64,000 nt of DNA from Octopus vulgaris (lineage: Eukaryota). The position numbers were made by a program, and so were the translations under genes. The stretch spans positions 79,980,001-80,044,000 of the forward strand of contig OX597822.1 in the NCBI GenBank assembly GCA_951406725.2, given 5' to 3'. Under the pieces are notes generated by a model. The model saw only the letters and a program-made list of their open reading frames with translations. It was not told the DNA's origin and did no database searches. Positions 40,500-54,273 of this stretch are shown one piece after another (within the stretch, counting starts at the first letter, position 1; each line of letters starts with the position of its first letter).

Positions 40500-41006
40500 C
40501 TAGCAGCATAGCCCGGCATTGCCCGAGTATGTAAGAGCCCCTGGAGCAGACATCATGCTCGCCGCGAATTTTTTAAAAAATCCTGCCAATTTGTGAAAGA
40601 TATTGTCGAAAATATGTCATCTTGAATTTGAACGCGATTTCCCAAAATGGCATCGATTTTTTCTGATGGTAAGGTATTGCATGGAAAACTAACATCAGAA
40701 TTAAGTTTCTTAGGGTAACATTAAGCTTCACAATGAGTTTGGTGAAAATTGATTGCAAGTTGCGAAAACTACAACAGAAAATGTGTTGCATATAAAAAGC
40801 TTAGATTCTCGACCCCATGTCGAATTTATCGATTTCTTTCAGAACTGGGGGAACTTTTCAAAATTTTCGCTGCGTTAGTTTTGAATTATGACATTGGGCT
40901 ATGTGTGTGTCAAGTTTCATCAGAATCGGTCGAAAGCCGTGGTGAAGGTGAGGGTACAACCTGACAGACACACAGACAAACAAACTGCCGTTTATATATA
41001 GAGAGA
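40500..41006 (-). mobile_element. Non-autonomous Helitron (Lep1-like architecture)
   Basis: On the minus strand: A|TC start, subterminal hairpin CTCGGGCAATGCCGGG, CTAG|T end, no TSD. Confidence 0.8.
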
Positions 41007-41883
41007 TACCTTATTAGTATTTCCTCGTATGTTATATATACTCTGGGAATGCATTAAAGCCCTTTTCGGGGCTACTTTATTTGAATTCTTACCATCGAGG
41101 AACTAATTTCATGCTATTTCATGACTTCACAATTTGGGTATTCATAACTTATTGGGAATTCCTAAAAACAAGATCCTGTTTAAGACAGTTCGGTATTCTC
41201 AATAAATGCACAAAAAAATCGTCTTAAGGGCTACATGCTTTGTATTGTTGTTATTGGATTAGCGAAACAATTATGAGAACGGAACCCGGGAATTATCGGG
41301 TACGTCAGCTAGTATATATAATGTATGGTCATTTTTGACTATATATTCCTCGGCGGAATTTTAGCTCAGGACGTAGCGACCGGCGAAATACTGCTAAAGC
41401 ATTTTGCCCGGCGAATAATAATAATAATAATAAAGTACAACCATTCGTAACATGCGAACGAGTATGGCATGCTCACATGGACTGCGATTTCACAATTTAT
41501 ATCATAAGCGTGTGTAGTTTCGAGCATATGTACTATTTGCCTTCTTACCCTACATTCAGGGGACATCCGGGATTTCATAGCTAGTAAGGGAAGTTTGCAC
41601 TAGCTTCTCTTGGCTAAAGGACACAACACCGTACCCAGTCTAGGAATCGAACTTATGATGTTGAGTTTAACACCTTGTTCATGCACATTCACACGAAATA
41701 TAGAAAGTTGAATATCAAGCAGTCAAATGTGTGGCGCTTTGAGCAAGTGTCTTCAACGAAAATCCTCGGTCAACCAATGCTTTGTAAAGGAATTTGGCAG
41801 ACAAAAATTATGTGTGTGTGTGTGTGTGTGAAGAAAAGCTGTTAGGAAATTATAGATGAAAAAACATTAAATCTTTGACATAC

Positions 41884-42010
41884 CGATACAAAAGATGACA
41901 GCGACGGCCAGTCGCTTAATTTGCCATAGAGGAGAAAAGACGTGCACCAGAGAAGTTTGACTAAAGCAATAACTTCGGGTACAGCAAGTACCACTGTCAT
42001 TGCAGCTATC
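41884..42010 (-). CDS. CHS: Gene B exon (W)IAAMTVVLAVPEVIALVKLLW...WPSLSSFVS
   Basis: Resembles the CHS N-terminal W.......VPE motif; cttcacag acceptor, GTATGT donor; phase 2 to 0. Confidence 0.88.
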
Positions 42011-43056
42011 CTGTGAAGGGAAAAAAGAAAATTGTTCAAGACCTGGAGAAAACGTTGGTTTAAAATTCTTAAAAATATGAACGTGATTTTACAATATTGA
42101 TTTCTCTAATATTAAGTTTTCGTTTGTGTGTGTGTTTCTCGTTGGTATGCAGTCATTATGTGGCTGAAAAGAGGTAAAATTTATAGTGACTTTGCTAAAG
42201 TTTTGATCCCTTGACGGTGGGAATGTCTTGGATGGAGTTAAGAATTTGTTAAGGATTTAATCAATCAGAATGACAAAGGGAAAATGTGCTAGAGGAAATG
42301 TTAGGATCGTACTGGATTGTCTGCGATTTGGACAGAGTTTGATGGGTTTCCGTATGTGACGGTAATGGATGTCGCATCTGCGATATCATAATTCAAAAGG
42401 TTATGCAACAGGCACCTTTCTATCGATGCTATTAAATGATCTGGATATTTCTCTACAAATACAATTGATACCTTTTACCTGGAGGTTCTGAGCCCTTCCA
42501 AGAATCTTTTAAAGTTAAAGATCTACAGTACTGTTGAGAAACCGTTTTGTAATACTGAATCAATAGAACGGGGAAGGGTATTAAATAATTTTATCTTTGA
42601 AGCCTAAGATAAGAGGGAATGTAGTTCTGAGACTGGTGAAGATCACTTTCAGAAATCAAATAACTGAAGGCTATGAAAGAACTGTTGGTTTGTTCCCTTC
42701 CTAGAGCTCGTTGCATGTATATCGTATATCATATACCGATATTATTGCAACGCTGCAGAAAAGAAGTCAGTTTTATTGAGATAACATTCATTCTGAATGT
42801 AAATGAATGTAAATCTTGTTTTTTTTTTTTCTGCTTGTAAAAGGAATATTTATAAATTTTACTCTCAGTTAAATCTTATATTTTTCTTCTACGCACTGCA
42901 TTTATATATATATACGTGTGTGTGTGAGATGTATGCATGTATGTATGTATGCACACACACACACGTCCCTAGAAAAGTTAGTCGATAAATCCTTTGTACG
43001 AATATAACAACGTGAATTGAAATCATGGAAATTTTCTGAGAAATAGATGTACATAC

Positions 43057-43166
43057 CATGTTTCTTTGGATTCGTGCTCGTGAAGGTACAGTAAGTAGAG
43101 AAAAGTGAGTTTGCTTAATGTAAGGAGGAATGTGTTGAAAGTGAAGCCAATAATGTTGAACAGGAT
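43057..43166 (-). CDS. CHS: Gene B exon ILFNIIGFTFNTFLLTLSKLTFLYLL...ETW (first TM helix)
   Basis: tttttccag acceptor, GTATGT donor; phase 0 to 2; SK..FL motif of CHS TM1. Confidence 0.85.
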
Positions 43167-43726
43167 CTGGAAAAAATAAATAATAATAATAATAATCCTT
43201 TTCACTATTGGCACTAGGCCTGGAATTTGGCAAGAGAGACTAGTCGATTACATGGACCCCATTGCTCAACTGGTACTTATTTTATCGACCCTGAAAGGAT
43301 AGAAAGCAAATTCGATCTCGGTAGCATTTGAAATCGGAACATGTAGACAGACGGAATAGCGCTGAGTATTCTGTCCGGTGTGTAAACAATTCCTCCAGCG
43401 AGAGTCATGGGCAGATTAATTTAGATCATAGCTCTGCTCGACTATTTGGTCCAGAAGCAATCAGCAACACCACTAAGAAAATCAGAAGCAAAAAATGAAT
43501 ATATTAGACTGGAATGTTTGGATTTCTACAGGAAAGAAAACCAAGTGAATCTTTTCTCCAATCTGCAAAATGTCTCATAAATTTAGTCTAAGTTACGATA
43601 AACGCAAAAATCAAGGTTAAGGTTGTAAACAAAGAGTCTTTCAAGGAAAAGCCTGCCAAAATGGAGGAGAGTTTGGGAAACTCATGCGACTTTATAGGTC
43701 GTCAAATATAATTTGTTTTGTAATTA

Positions 43727-44136
43727 CTTATTTCTTTATTGCCCACGAGGGGCTAAACATAGAGGGAATAAACAAGGACAGACAAAGTCGATTACATGGA
43801 CTCCAGCGCGTAACTGGTACTTAATTTATCGACCCCCGAAAGGATGAAAAGCAAAGTCGACCTCGGCGGAATTTGAACTCAGCACGTAACGGCCGACGAA
43901 ATACCTATTTCTTTACTACCCACAAGGGGCTAAACACAGAGAAGACAAACAAGGAGACAAACGGATGAAGTCGATTATATCGACCCCAGTGCGTAACTGG
44001 TACTTATTTAATCGATCCCGAAAGGATGAAAGGCAAGGTCTACCTCGGCTGAATTCAAACTCAGAACGTAGCGGCAGACAAAATACCGCTAAGCATTTCG
44101 GCCGGCGCGCTACCGCTTCTGCCAGCTCGCCGCCTT
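43727..44136 (-). mobile_element. Dimeric abundant SINE
   Basis: Two tandem reverse-complement copies of the core. Confidence 0.85.
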
Positions 44137-44825
44137 CTTTTTTAAATCTTGTCGATATTTTAGGGATCCAACCTTGATTGGATTGGCTATTCACTGATAT
44201 GCTTGCTGACATTCATTATCAAGTGAATGTCATCGAAGAAAAAAACGAAAAAGCATAGTAGTAGTGCCTGTGTGTGTGTGTGTGTGGGGGGGGTTCTTTT
44301 GTTTACGTCATGTAGTAAATCACAATTTAACTTATGTTTCAAACTATGTATTTCTAGCTTACTCATACGTAAAAGAACTAAAATAACTGTCTGGCAATAA
44401 AAGCCGTTATCTGGAAATAATTATATTTTATTTCAATAATTTAATGTGAAATAAAACACACGCTTCGAAGCTATCTCCACCGTTTCTGTGTAGACCACGA
44501 ACTTACTTCAGTGCTATTTCAGTACGATGATGATGATAATAATCCTTTCTGAAGGCACAAGGCCTGAAATTTGGTGGGAGGGGACTAGTCGATTACATCG
44601 ACCCCAGTGTTTCACTGGTACTTAATTTATCAACCGCGAAAAGATGAAAGGCAAAGTCGACCGCAGTGGAAATTCGAAACCATTATTATTATTGGGACGA
44701 GCCGGTAGAATCTTTATCGCCTCGGACAAAATGCTTAGCACCATTTCGTCCATCTTTATGCTCTAAATTTAAATTCCGCTGAAGTCGACTCGCCCTTTAA
44801 TCATTTTGGGATCGATAAAATAAGT

Positions 44826-45137
44826 GCGGAGACCCCCTACGGTCATAAATGAGCATTGGATTGCACCAAGAAAGTTACCCTCCTAGGCACAAGTCCGCGT
44901 AAGGTTGTTTATGGAAGGCCAGCAGTCGCCCATGCATACCAGTGTTATCACAGGGAAAGGCAAAGGCCGATACAACTTGGCACCTGTCACGTCGCAACTC
45001 ATTTCTACAGCTGACTAAACTGGAGCAACGTGAAATTAAGTGCCTTGCTCAAGAACACAACACGCAGCCCGGTCTGGAATTCGAACTCATAACCTCACGA
45101 TCCTAAGATCGCCGCTCTAACCACTGAGCCATGCTCC
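44826..45137 (-). mobile_element. tRNA-derived SINE inserted into another SINE
   Basis: Minus-strand head GGAGCATGGCTCAGTGGTTAGAGCGG...GAGTTCGAATTCC. Confidence 0.75.
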
Positions 45138-47487
45138 TTAATAAAATAAATACCAGCTGTGCATTGGGGTCGATGTAGTCGAGTAGCACCTTTCTCCCAA
45201 ACGCTAGGCCCTGAGCCTACAGGAGAAACAATATTACTATGTCTTATATTGGGCCCATGGAGCAAAGACTTTGTGGACAATACATCAACGAAATATGTAC
45301 CCTAATTCAGGGTAAATCCTCCTTAAAGGCAAACATCAAAGTGTTCTCTTTCATTTTCTGTTCTCCTTAGAAAATAATTCTCTGCTTAGGCCCAGTCAAC
45401 CTGGTAATACTTGCCTTTTTCACTCGCCTTCGTTAAATACACTGGAAGACGTCGCTTCATCTCCATGACCAATTTGATGAGGCTCGGGAGGATCGTAAAA
45501 TGCCTTCTTTCATTCACCATAGCTACCAGACAGATGAATACTAAAAGGAAGGTGCTGCGTACATGTATGGATGCGGAGAGAGAAGTTGGTATTGCTCCCT
45601 TCGAAAATTACATTTTTTTTTGTAGACGTACCAAAGCTTTGGTAGAGGACACTCTTCCAAAGTGCTTCGCCCTGGGATCGAACCACAATCGAATTTATTT
45701 AGACTAACGTCTATGTGTTTCATATTAAACCTTCAAACCAAATAGTGAGCTATTTGTTTGCTTGATAAGCTAGAAATAGCAGCCACGCTGCTATCAGATT
45801 ACACCCGACTGTCGTAACAACGGAGAGATGCATTAAATGAAGTCTTAAATTCGTAATACACCAGACAATGATAGGATAGTCATGGTTGGATTGTCTTATA
45901 ACAAAACTGACGGATCAGTGTCGCGATGGATCTAAATAACTATAGAAATGCAGAACAACAATAGCATAGACAGAAAAAATAAACACAGTGAGTCTTTGTT
46001 GTCGCTGGATCTGAAAGAAATGCGAACTATGCCTACTAAAATGATAGGACAAATTACATAAAAAGATACTAATAGACTGTCTTTGATTATAGGTCAAAAT
46101 CGATTTAGACCTAGTTGTCTATAATAACAAGCGTGGCTACAAATTAATCCTCTTTACATTTTAGGTTAAGAGAAGAGAAACCGTGTTGTTTTGCGGTTTG
46201 CTGACGCCTTTACCTTTATGGTGAAACCATTATTATCTAACAGACATAGCCAAAGACAATCAAAACATAAGCGAGCGTGATGGGGTCTGGTTCGGCGAGT
46301 GAGTGAGTGAGTGATCTGAACAAGTTGTCAACGTTTTGGAGAGAGATAACCGCCCAAATATAATCAACTTTGTAAATATTTATCTCAAATAGTGTTTGCT
46401 CCCTCATACATACACACACGCAGTTGTACGAATTAGATCAGTGACTGCTTTTTGTTTATATGATTTCTTTTTGTATACTCACACCTGTCACTGTGTGTGT
46501 GAGTGTGTGTGTGTGTATTATGCAATAATGGGTGTAGTATATGTGTACACTCAAGCATTCTTTCCAACTTACTAACACACACATGTATATACACATACGT
46601 TCATATACACACAAATACAAGCTAAACTTTGAATACCGTCCGATCTTTAAATATCCTTCACAATTTTCACACCGTGAAGAATTTCGACCAAACATGGTTT
46701 TCTTCTCTCTTCTTCCACATTTACACCCACCCCTCGCAGATTTTGACCCACAGATGTTCAGTTACACAAACCTAGGTTTTCAAAGGCCATGAGCACCATC
46801 TCCCCATCCCTGGCTAATTTTATGTGGAAAAAAAGTCAAACGTGTGTGTCTAGCGAGGGTATCGTGTAAATGCGATATGTATAAAGGCTGGCTATATGGG
46901 GAGCCATTTTTATTTAGTGACTTGACCCGCAATGGAAAGCAGCCAAATATCATTAGAACGTACAGACATAAGAGGAAACATTCACGTGGATCCAAAATAA
47001 TGTTATTCTGGATCTTTTACATCTTAAGAAAAATATGATTATCACAAATGCTGGTTACGAGTCTTGTCAATCATAGATGTCTCGGAGCTAAATAATAGCT
47101 TCAAATTTTAGCTCAAGGCCAGCAATTTTAAGGTTGGAGGAAAGGCGATTACATCAACCATGCCTTTGACTCGCACTTTTATTCTATTAATCCCGAAAGG
47201 ATGAAAGGCAAACTTGACCTCTGAGTGATTTGAATACACAAGGTAAGGAACTGGAGGAAATGCCACTAAGCATTTTGTCCAGTCCAGTAACAATTTTTTT
47301 CAGTCCGCCGCCATTTTGGAGCTAAAAACAAAAACAAGAATAAATGCAGAGGTTTTCTAAAGGTTAAAAAAGAGACGAACATTGGCAAAAGAACCTTCAC
47401 ATACGAATCGTACCTACACTAATGTTAATCTTCATCTCGTCTTGACGTAAAGTCATAACAAAATGCCGTAATAAAACAGTCGCATAC

Positions 47488-47547
47488 CTTTTTATTCGTA
47501 TATGTTACGTAAAAATTAAAGAAAGAATATTTGCTCTGATATATTAC
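47488..47547 (-). CDS. Candidate optional 60-bp exon of gene B (VIYQSKYSFFNFYVTYTNKK)
   Basis: ttaactatttcag acceptor, AAG|GTATGC donor, open only in phase 0 to 0; no homology support. Confidence 0.2.
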
Positions 47548-48606
47548 CTGAAATAGTTAAGGAATGGAAAATGTTTTTCAGAGATTAAGTTTGTTTAGTT
47601 AGTAGCAAAATCAATTTGTATCGCTATCGTATTCATCGAGAAATTGTGTTGCTATGTAGGTTCTCTTGTCCGTATGCGCATATATAAATATTTTGTTTCT
47701 GAAAGTAAACATATTTTGATTTTCACATCACCTAGTGTATATGGAAGGTGCATGATCAAATGGTTAGAATGTTGACCTCACGGTCCTAAGATCTTGGTTT
47801 CAGTTCCTGAACCGGGCAGTACGTCGTGCTCTTGAGCAAAACGTTTCATGTCTCTCCAGTCCACCCAGCTGGCAAAAATGCCTAATCCTGCAACAGGCTG
47901 ACGTCCTGTTTTGCAACTCTGTTATGGCTTCGGCCACTGATACGACACGGAAACTAGGTAAGCGGTCCTATGAATCCCAGGACCCGAGACAGCAACGACG
48001 ATGATGATGTCGACGACGACAAAAATATGAATGTAGAACATAGCTGAGCAACATATTTTAAAATCGAAATAACATGCGGAAAAAGCAAAATTGCGGTTTC
48101 GTTTTCTAAATTTCTCAGTAGATTAATGACCACTAAAATGCGCTATTCGTTAAACATTCAACTAAATATACAATGAAAATATTAAAAAAATTATGACTAT
48201 AATATGGAAATTCGAAGGGCTAAATAGACGATAGTACGTGTAATCTTTTAAGAAGGAATTAGGAAATATAAAAAATAAAATTACATTCGATCTTTTAGAA
48301 TTAAACCGAACACATTCTGTACTATATTCAGTGGACAAAATGCCTGGATTACGAAGTGAATATTTAAAAGTAAATTCGAAGTCGACATTTTGTAAATTGA
48401 TTCGGGAATAAAAGTAAAAATAATGATAATCTAAAATCTGTTTAATAATTGCATAATAGCTATAATACTTGAATATATGTCGTGCAAGTTTAGCAATAAC
48501 TTACCGATGGTCTCCACACATATTACTGCACAGCACACACATATATACACACACTGACCCAGGGAGAGTTCACCACTAATAGTAATCATAAATTATTTAT
48601 CTAAAC

Positions 48607-49132
48607 CAAAGGTTCTGAAACTTTTGGGGCCATCGCCACCCAACCTCATGGTCATATAATACCCCCAGCGCCCGCTACCCCTATTTTTATGTATAGATAA
48701 ATATTTTATATTTTACAAATTTATACTGGGTGTTCAAAAAGTCTCTCCACGGTAAGTATTTAATGATTTTCGGGCGATTCTTGTACATGGATCTTTTATT
48801 TGCTCCTCAGAAAAACAAGTCTGGCGGTGTTAAATCAGATGATTTTCGTGGCCAAAGTACCTTCGAAATAATTCGTTTATCGAAAAACTCTTTAAGTAGC
48901 ACCAAAGTAGCGCAGGATGAAAAAATTCACTGCGGAGAGACATTTTGAACACCCTTTATATACTATGAATCATTTGATATTTAGCATAATATCACATAAT
49001 TTGTATACAATACTATAATAATATTATAATAAATTCATAGCGTCTCCCAATCCACTGCCTTCCGCCCAACGCCTCCTTTTTCTCTACTGCTCCTACCCCC
49101 ACAGGCACCAGCGCCAACTTTGAGAACCTATG
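48607..49132. mobile_element. hAT-type MITE with 8-bp TSD, containing a nested Tc1/mariner deletion derivative (48726-48956)
   Basis: TSD ATCTAAAC at 48599-48606 and 49133-49140; termini CAAAGGTTCTGAAA / TTTGAGAACCTATG; inner TIRs GGGTGTTCAAAAAGTCTCTCC / GGAGAGACATTTTGAACACCC with TA flanks and a WPRKSSDLTPPDLFF remnant. Confidence 0.85.
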
Positions 49133-51974
49133 ATCTAAACTATTGCTGTCAAATTATGGCGTGTTGTAGGTATAACACCTATCACATACACGCACGCACT
49201 CTCTCTCTCCTTTTTCTCGTACATACACTCTACCTGGATCAAGCATGTCAATGTGGGAACCACTTTGTGGTTGCTCAACCTGTTAAAAAGAGATGCTGGT
49301 TCTCAAGCACCTGTAAAAGGAAGGGCGCGTTACCTAAAGTAGTCCTCGATACATTATAGCAAAATGAAGAGGAAAGTCATCAGGAACATCTTTTAATAGG
49401 TTTGTTGGCTCAAATTTGACCTAAGACCAAACACTGTTGATGGAGGAGATGACGTATCTGTTACATTAGAAGCAGACGTTTGTCAAATACAATGTTATTC
49501 GGAAGAAAATACGCTAATTCATTCATTCATTAACTTTTTTTATCTCTTTGAAGGGAAGGGTAGAGTCTATAGCCCTTTAGGAGGACTCGAATTTTAGGGG
49601 TAGAGGAGAAGGGAGTAAGGCTCGAGGATTTGAATGCCAACAGAAAAGTGTATTCCACTAGAGATATCGAAGGATCAAATGGTGGTGTTAAACCAGGAGA
49701 AATATAAAGGTTATCACCCAAGGAGGCCATAGCGGAATTTGAACTGACAACACAAGGTGTCGAAACATATATTGTAAGGCATCCTGTCTGTTGCTCTAAC
49801 GTTTGCACCACCCAACCACCCTGAAGGATAAACAATTGGAGTGGAATTTGAACTGACAACGGAAAGAGTCGGAACAAATATTGCCAGACATCTTGTCCGA
49901 CGTTCGAACACTTCGGCTAGACACCCAGAAGGATGAAAAGCAGAGTTGAATTCGTTAGGATTTAAAACAAACGAAACAAAAAGAAAAAAAAAACTGAACA
50001 AATACTGTTAGGAATTTTGTGATTCTACAAGTCCACTGCCATTTTCCAATAAATTAAAGAACGTAAAGAATAGAAAAGATGACATTTTACCTCGACTTAA
50101 GGCAGCGGGCTGCTAGAACCGTTGGCACACCAGGTCAAATGTATAACGGCAGTTCGTTCATCTTTACCTTCTGATTTCAAACTCAGCCGAGGTCGATTTT
50201 GCCATTCATTCTTTCGAAGTTGATAAAATAAGTCTCAGTTACCCCGACTTTTAAATATTCAAATGGCTTCGTAGTAATTTTTATATTTTGGCAAAGTCAT
50301 TTTTCTATTGTTAAATTTCCTACAGAATCTAATCCGCTTCTTGTCATGAATGATCGTAAATATTCAATTATAATTTGTAGTTCAAATAAATTGTCTCTCT
50401 CATCAAATTTATAGCCATGGTAAGTATTATTCTTAATAAAACTCACAAATTTGGCTCCACATCCCGTAACTTATGACTTTATAAATGTAATGGTTTCTAT
50501 TGGAAGTTTCACATCTCTTGGAAATAATTATTTTGATATATATATATATACAAGCGATCAAATTAAGAACACTGTTGGTAACTTATCTTACTTTATTATT
50601 ATTTTATCTGGAAAATCTTCAATTATATTTAAAAAAAACAAATAAAACTTCGTTATTTCGAAAGATTCTCATCATTTCATTATTTTTCACTTCATGATTC
50701 ACATTCAAAAGAAACACTTATTTTAGTAACTTTGTAACAATTTTAGTGCTTATTAACCACGAGTCCAACTTATTTACAAGAGGCGGGGATCCTACAAAAT
50801 AACGTCTCATTGACATTATCTCAATTTACACGTTCTTTCTGGAAACAAGGTGACCTTTTTTTCGTTCGAGCCGGGTAACATACAGCTTCCACTCCAACGC
50901 ACACCGGCCTCCGCAACAAGTTTTGAATAAGCTTAACTCCATTCCGCCACTCGCGAAATTTACACGCTTTATTTTCATTTTACTTATAGTCCATTCTCTC
51001 GTATTTGGACGGTCCAAAACACATGACGTTCTCTCCACTACGAAGGACACAAGTGGTCGCTCGAAAAGTGATATTCTTAACTGACCCTGGATGCTAGCGT
51101 TTCATATATAGGCAGAATATAAACAGACGACATACTCATCTATCTAATATTGCTGACACTATTTAAATCGGTGAAATTGTGCATCCTTCCGTACGTAGGG
51201 GGACTTGACTGTTAAAAGTTAGGGACCTGGATAATGAAGTTTTCTGGTAAGATTAGAAACAAACAACACCTTGGTAAATAATCGATCCATTCAGTCGAAA
51301 TAAACCACAAAAACATAAAAACAAAAGTGAAGCATCGATAAAATTATTTCGATTTAACTTGTCTTCGACATCGTTTCTTTCAGCAAAATTCGATTGGCAA
51401 AAAGAGAAAAAATAAAGCTATCTACTCCTTTCTGCTCTATGTACAAAGCCTGAAACTTTAGAGAAGGGAGAGTTATTTGATTACATCGGCTTGACGGATA
51501 CTTAGTTTATTGATCCCGAAAAGATGGAAGTCAACCTGGGTGGAATTTGAACTTTCTGGCGTAGTAGCGAATCGGCCCGTTCCCCGCCTCATAATGATGC
51601 ACTATATTGAAAATACATCTATCGCATAGTTTTGTATATGTAAGAATAACCTCGATGTTATTTGAAATTAATTCGAACAGAGTTTTAAATATATAAGACT
51701 GGGTTCGATAGACTTTTAAATATTTAATATATACGAAGTACACCCTCAATAGTGTTTTAAATATATGGGAATGACTTCGATAATTTTAAATGTATGAGAA
51801 GGGGTTCATCAATTTCTTGATCGCTTAATGTGGTGTTTGACCATTTGAGTAAAAGTCTGAAGCAAATAAGCAAAAGGATTGTGGTAAAGAAAAGAAATAG
51901 CAAAAAAAAAAAAAAAAAAAAAGTAAAAAATAATGCAAATTAAATACCGAAATCGATAAAAAAATATCACTTAC

Positions 51975-52004
51975 TTTGATATAATTGAACTGGCAGGCGC
52001 CCAT
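51975..52004 (-). CDS. CHS: Candidate first coding exon of gene B (MGACQFNYIK)
   Basis: ACTATGG start context, in-frame upstream stop, strong AAA|GTAAGTG donor in phase 0 matching the 43166 acceptor; not verified by transcript data. Confidence 0.4.
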
Positions 52005-52563
52005 AGTTATTATTTTTCCTAATGTCAGTAAACATCCCCACCAGAAGGTAAGAGTTTACGAGACGTATTTAGCTTGGAAATGGTAAGGTTCCATTTACAT
52101 CTTCCAGATTAGGCATTCACTGGTATGTCAGTAAATATTAGCATATAGAAAAAAAAATCCTATTGTTTATACGTAAGAGTTAAAATAATAAGAAAACAGA
52201 CAAGAAGACGCAGTAATGTGTAAAGAGAGTGACCACCGAGATTTGCTTATTGTCTGAATAAAATTTGGTTTAGTTTTAAGATTGCTCATGTAAAAATGTC
52301 TATTGTGACTAATAACGTTAATAAAAAGAAAAGATGTTAATAATTGCCGAGAAGTGGGTTTTGTTAAGCATTATTAATCATCAACATAGATAATATAAAT
52401 AAAACAAATATGAGAAGAAATTATGAATTCTACGAAGCAAAACTAATAAAGGAACCATAACCGACTACAACTATTTCCAGCCAAATTTAAATATAACTTA
52501 ATTCGGCAACAGAACGACAAGGAAGTCTAAATTCAGTCAACGAATCACAACATATTCTCTTTC

Positions 52564-52612
<49 letters not shown>

Positions 52613-52917
52613 CTATGCATATATGTCTGTCTGTATATATATATATATATATAACTATGCATATATGTCTGTCTGTATATATATATATATATATAACTAT
52701 GCATATATGTCTGTATGTATATATATATAACTAGGCATATATGTCTGTATGTATATATATATATATAACTATGCATATATGTCTGTGTATATATATATAT
52801 AACTATGCATATCTGTCTGTGTATATATATATATAACTATGCATATCTGTCTGTGTATATATATATATAACTATGCATATCTGTCTGTGTATATATATAT
52901 ATAACTATGCATATCTG

Positions 52918-52962
<45 letters not shown>

Positions 52963-52977
52963 CTATGCATATCTGTC

Positions 52978-53024
<47 letters not shown>

Positions 53025-53039
53025 CTATGCATATCTGTC

Positions 53040-53079
<40 letters not shown>

Positions 53080-53137
53080 TATGCATATCTGTCTGTGTGT
53101 GTATATATATATATATATATAACTATGCATATCTGTC

Positions 53138-53180
<43 letters not shown>

Positions 53181-53187
<7 letters not shown>

Positions 53188-54273
53188 CAACAATTGAGGG
53201 TAAAATTAATTAATTAATCAATTTCACCAAGTGTTCAGTATGTAAAGGACCATTTTAGGCGAATTCAAAATATTGCATTATATAATTAGGGCTTAGTAAA
53301 ATAAATTACTTTGCCACATACTGAACTTAGTAGAAATAGCAGCCAAAAAAAATTTTTTTAGCTATTTCTACTACTTAAAGAAAATTTCTCTCAGATAATG
53401 TTTACTCCAGACAGCTCACGAAGGTTTGGAGGTAAATACAGAAAAATATCACAAGTACATAGATCGTTTGAGTACGTCAACGTTTCAAGATTAGCCAAAT
53501 AAAATCAGCATTTCTTTCGTTGACGTACTCAAACGATCTATGTACTTGTGATATTTTTCTGTATTTACCTCCAAACCTTCATGAGCTGTCTGGAGTAAAC
53601 ATTATCTGAGAGAAATTTTCTTTAAGTAGTAGAAATAGCTAAAAAAATTTTTTGGGCTGCTATTTCTACTAAGTTCAGTATGTGGCAAAGTAATTTATTT
53701 TACTAAGCCCTAATTATATAATGTAATATTTTCAATTCGCCTTAAATGGTCCTTTACATACTGAACACTTGGTGAAATTGATTAATTAATTAATTTTACC
53801 CTCAATTGTTTATATTATAATTCATTTCTCTGTCATACTGCCTCGGTTCTCGCGGTTAAAATATAATGTTTGCTAGATAGACCACGTGGGTGGATGCGGA
53901 GTGCAGAAATTTACGCCTGCGCATTTTGAATTTGTTGACACTGTTAGTTGGAGTGGTTCATCTGAAGCGACAAGTTCGCTGATAGGTAAAGTTCCTTCAT
54001 TTTAGTGTTTCCAAATCCAAATTAAGAAATTTTGAGCTGACGAAAGAAATGCTGATTTTATTTGGCTAATCTTGAAACGTTGACGTACTCAAACGATCTA
54101 TGTACTTGTGATATTTTTCTGTATTTACCTCCAAACCTACGTGAGCTGTCTGGAGTAAACATTATCTGAGAGAAATTTTCTTTAAGTAGTAGAAATAGCT
54201 AAAAAAATTTTGGGGCTGCTATTTCTACTAAGTTCAGTATGTGGCAAAGTAATATATTTTACTAAGCCCTAAT

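Noticed and set aside
45390-45540. Minus-strand open frame MVNERRHFTILPSLIKLVMEMKRRLPVYLTKASEK as an upstream exon of gene B
   Set aside because: The best donor is GC in the wrong phase, the in-phase GT donor is weak, and there is no CHS similarity; not fully excluded
50826-51050. 74-aa minus-strand ORF as an N-terminal exon of gene B
   Set aside because: Splice sites do not give a consistent phase with neighbouring exons; no recognisable motif
52610-53180. CRISPR-like repeat-spacer appearance
   Set aside because: Spacers are only variable (TA)n rather than unique sequence; eukaryotic context; no cas genes
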